From Flectonema sp. DT1601 (Eukaryota), in contig OZ025799.1 in the NCBI GenBank assembly GCA_964019425.1, positions 930,001 to 994,000 of the forward strand: a stretch of 64,000 nt of DNA. The letters are read 5' to 3'. Every line of letters starts with the position of its first letter. Position 1 is the first letter of the stretch. A program made the position numbers and the translations under genes. This document shows, piece after piece, positions 60,987 to 64,000 of this stretch. The notes below the pieces were generated by a model, which had not been told where the DNA came from, ran no database searches, and saw only the letters and a list, made by a program, of their open reading frames with translations.

Positions 60987-63900
60987 TATTATTATGGAGA
61001 AATCGTCCAACTGGTCGAAAAAGTTTTCAGCTTCTGCTGAGTGGGAGCGCCTTATTAAGTTTTTTTCTTACCGTTCTCTTGCGAAGCAATCAGCTGGTCT
61101 TGGTCACCGATTGCGCGATCTACGTACTACTCGCCCCGATCTCCTTAAGCGTTTTGAAGTGGAAGCCACAGATGAACTACTGAACTCTTTGAATAAATTA
61201 CAAGTCCAAGGTCAGTGGAAGGAGTGGTCTAAATGTATGATAAACGATTTCACCTGGAATAAGGTACTTAGGGAGGGAAATCCTGCCTATATCTCATTTC
61301 AACTGAAAGCGGTTACAAACACCCTCCCCTCACAAGATAATTTAAAGAGGTGGAACATCACCAATGTGGACCAAAATTGTGTTTTGTGTGGCAAAGTGAA
61401 TCCTACCCTCAGGCATGTCTTAACAGGCTGTCCTGTCTCTTTAACACAAGGGAGGTTCACGTGGCGTCACGACAGCGTTCTAAAACGCATTGTTATCTTC
61501 TTGGAAGAGTTGATAATAAAAGCCAACAAAAGAAAAGAAAACCTCCCGCCTCCCTCTCAAACTTTTTTAAAAACAGGGGAAAATAAACCCCTAGAAAGAA
61601 TTTCTAAAGAGACAGGCGAACTTTCACTAGCGAATGATTGGGTCATCCTCGACGATGTCGGTGATAACCGCCTAATTGTTCCTCTTGAAGTGTGCCATGT
61701 CTCGTCCTCTCTAAGACCAGACATTTTTATTTATTCTTTTTTTGCGAAAAGAGCACTGATTCTGGAGCTGACGTGTCCAAATGAAGATCGTTTCGAAACC
61801 TCTCATGTCTTAAAGGAAAAGAAATACCTAAAGCTAAGAGACTCGATCATCGCTAATGGCTTCGACTGTAACATTTTTACTATTGAAGTTGGCGTACGAG
61901 GAAACATCTGCATGGACCAGCTGAACATCTGGACACGTCACATCGGTTCACCTTTAGCACCAACAAAAGCTTTATTTTGTGAATGCACCAGAATCGCCAG
62001 ACAGTGCTCATATGTTCTGTTCCAGACGAGGAACCTCCCCACGTGGCATTCAAGACCACTAATGCGCAGCATTAAAGAAGAACCTGCCACTGCAAGTTTT
62101 ATAAAAGATGGTAAAGAAATCTTCCCTGTGGAAGAAGTCAAAATCCACAAAGTAACAAAACTGAAAACGATCGAAAAGCTCACCATTGAAAGATCGTGGC
62201 TTGAGAAATGTTTTATCTGGCAAACTTGTTACGCATCGGCTCTTTCTATTCTACTTATTGCCAATGGTTCTTCCTCCCCGGCCCCTTCTGTTTTGTTAGA
62301 TGAGGATGAGCTCACTGGACTCTCCTTGTCATTCTCTTCTATTTCTTCCATCTCTTTCCAGACTCCCCCACCTGAACTCATGTCAACGGGATCGCAAACA
62401 CTTCCTGCTGATTTCGCTATAGTGATAAGAACTCAATCTGACATGGGTTCTCAAACCCCCATGTACAAAAAAAAAGAAGGAAAATTAAGGCTGAAACTTT
62501 CCTTGAAATGCCAGATTTTAGAAAACGAATTAGAGCAAATGAAAGAACGAATTTTTTATGTTCTATTTTTATTTTACTTTAATGCGATGTCAGCCTCCCT
62601 CGAGAAAGACAAGCAGTTACTAAATGGATTACCTGTTGAGATCAAAGCTACCAACCAGGATCCATCCTCACTTCCTCCTGCGCCCCCTGTTTTAATTATT
62701 GAAAAAGATAGAAAAGAATATGAACTTCTGGAAGGAGTAATTCAACGGTTAACAGCAGAACGCGATGAATCGAAGACTTCTCTTTCTGCACTAGTTCGAC
62801 AATATGACTTAGTGGAAGATTACAGGAAACGTGAGCTCGCAAATCTGACTCAGAGAGCAGACCTATCGGAAATGGCGCTCTTTAATTACCATCAAAGGTT
62901 TGTTCTTCTGTCGAACGAATTGGAGACCAAATGTAATGAGGAAAGAGAAAGTAAAATAAGACTTTTCTATACTCAACAGGAGGTCGAGAATTTGCGTGCC
63001 GCGCGTCCCCGTATGACCCACTTTAGTCAACAAGTTTCCCCCCGAACCCCCGTTCTGTATGAATCTGTTGCTATGATGAAGATAGCAAAGAACTACCTCT
63101 CGCTCTTTACAACTACGAGTAGTCTTTTTACTCCTCTTATTAAACCCCTTATCCCTACCCTTAATTATATCACCCCTCTTTGTCCTCTAGCCTCAATTCC
63201 TCCGACAATGCCGCAGAGTGAAGCTCTCGACCGCACGCCGACCAAGATTTTACGACAAGAGAGTCACGTTATCTCCGTTAGAGAGAATACACCTATTGCG
63301 AGACAATGGTCCGAGGGTAGGATTGACTTACTCGAGAACTACTGTCGAGCAGTAGATGACTCTCTCGAAACAAACGAGAAAGCGGCAGAGCTCTCAGAAC
63401 AACTTTTGGATGCCCAACTTCGCCTCTCGGAGCTGAATCACCAACGGTGTACAACTCACGCAGAGCAGCTTGAGCAATCCATGATGTTAACGGGACTGGC
63501 GAGCGATTTAAATGTTCAACTCGCCTTGGCACGGTCTCAAATTGCGGCCCTGAAGTTCCAATTAGCTTCATGGGCAGAAGGTTTGAGTCCGCCAGACACA
63601 GAAGAACATGAGGAAATTGAAACTCCGCCGAGAAAGTCTGAGCGTTCAACTCTGAAAAAACGGACCCCTCCATCAAGATATCGTTATAATCGAAGGAGAT
63701 GTTCTGCTGATGACGTTCACGGTGACTCCACCCCCTTGTAATTCTCTTTTTCCTTACTTTCACATCACTTTGTTTATTTAGTTTATTAGCTTATTTATTA
63801 TTTATTATTTATTGTTCGTTTTGTTTGTAATATTTTGTCGATATGTTTATGTCCGTCAGATCATAACGTTAATCAGATTAATTGTTAATTGTAAATGGTC

Positions 63901-64000
63901 TAAACCCCAATCCAAGTTCCCAAGGCTTGGCATAGATTTGAGTGACGCCTTACTGGCCTCCTCATCCTCTATGAGTGGTGAGGGGGCCAGCAATGGTTTT

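Larger units (their letters stand above)
57983..64000 (+). mobile_element. 5'-truncated NeSL/HERO-like (R2 group) non-LTR retrotransposon; ORF = 57983-59413 + 60079-60323 + 60987-63741 (~1476 aa)
   Basis: RT motifs APGPN, RPIA, QKGF, WVDLADAFGSV, GVFQGC, AFADD and FKYLG; CCHC finger CVLC...HVLTGC; WRHD; RLE motifs RPDI, LELTCP, KEKKY and IEVGVRG. Confidence 0.92.

Noticed and set aside
63954..63990. HDV-like ribozyme suggested by GCCTCCTC
   Set aside because: It folds as a simple hairpin; I could not build the nested double pseudoknot.

Overview
AT-rich, homopolymer-laden eukaryotic DNA, most likely a euglenozoan such as a diplonemid. This is an inference from the one-strand gene cluster, a GT-AG intron and a euglenozoan-looking 28S fragment. 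Left half (1-33.8 kb): six co-oriented minus-strand host genes encoding a multi-pass membrane protein, a Maelstrom-domain protein that keeps its DEDDh residues, an ABHD4/5-like hydrolase, a TRF4/PAPD5-like nucleotidyltransferase lacking two catalytic aspartates, a coiled-coil protein and a ~3000-aa LVIVD-repeat type II membrane protein. Right half (33.9-64 kb): a nested mobile-element pile-up. It contains a frameshifted Polinton/parvovirus-type PLA2 remnant, two restriction-like-endonuclease (RLE) non-LTR retrotransposons (CRE-like and NeSL/HERO-like), a Tc1/mariner-like MITE, and a Mutator-like element carrying a tRNA-like sequence and a 28S rRNA piece. Main candidate for a new system: four non-coding element families (here A, B, C, F). 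They share a fixed GAAT/GAGT end and insert with no clear target-site duplication, so that removing them restores the interrupted ORFs in frame. They form partial tandem and inverted copies, and A, B and C share covarying RNA structures. No mobilising enzyme for them is identifiable in the window. All calls are by eye, without database searches.
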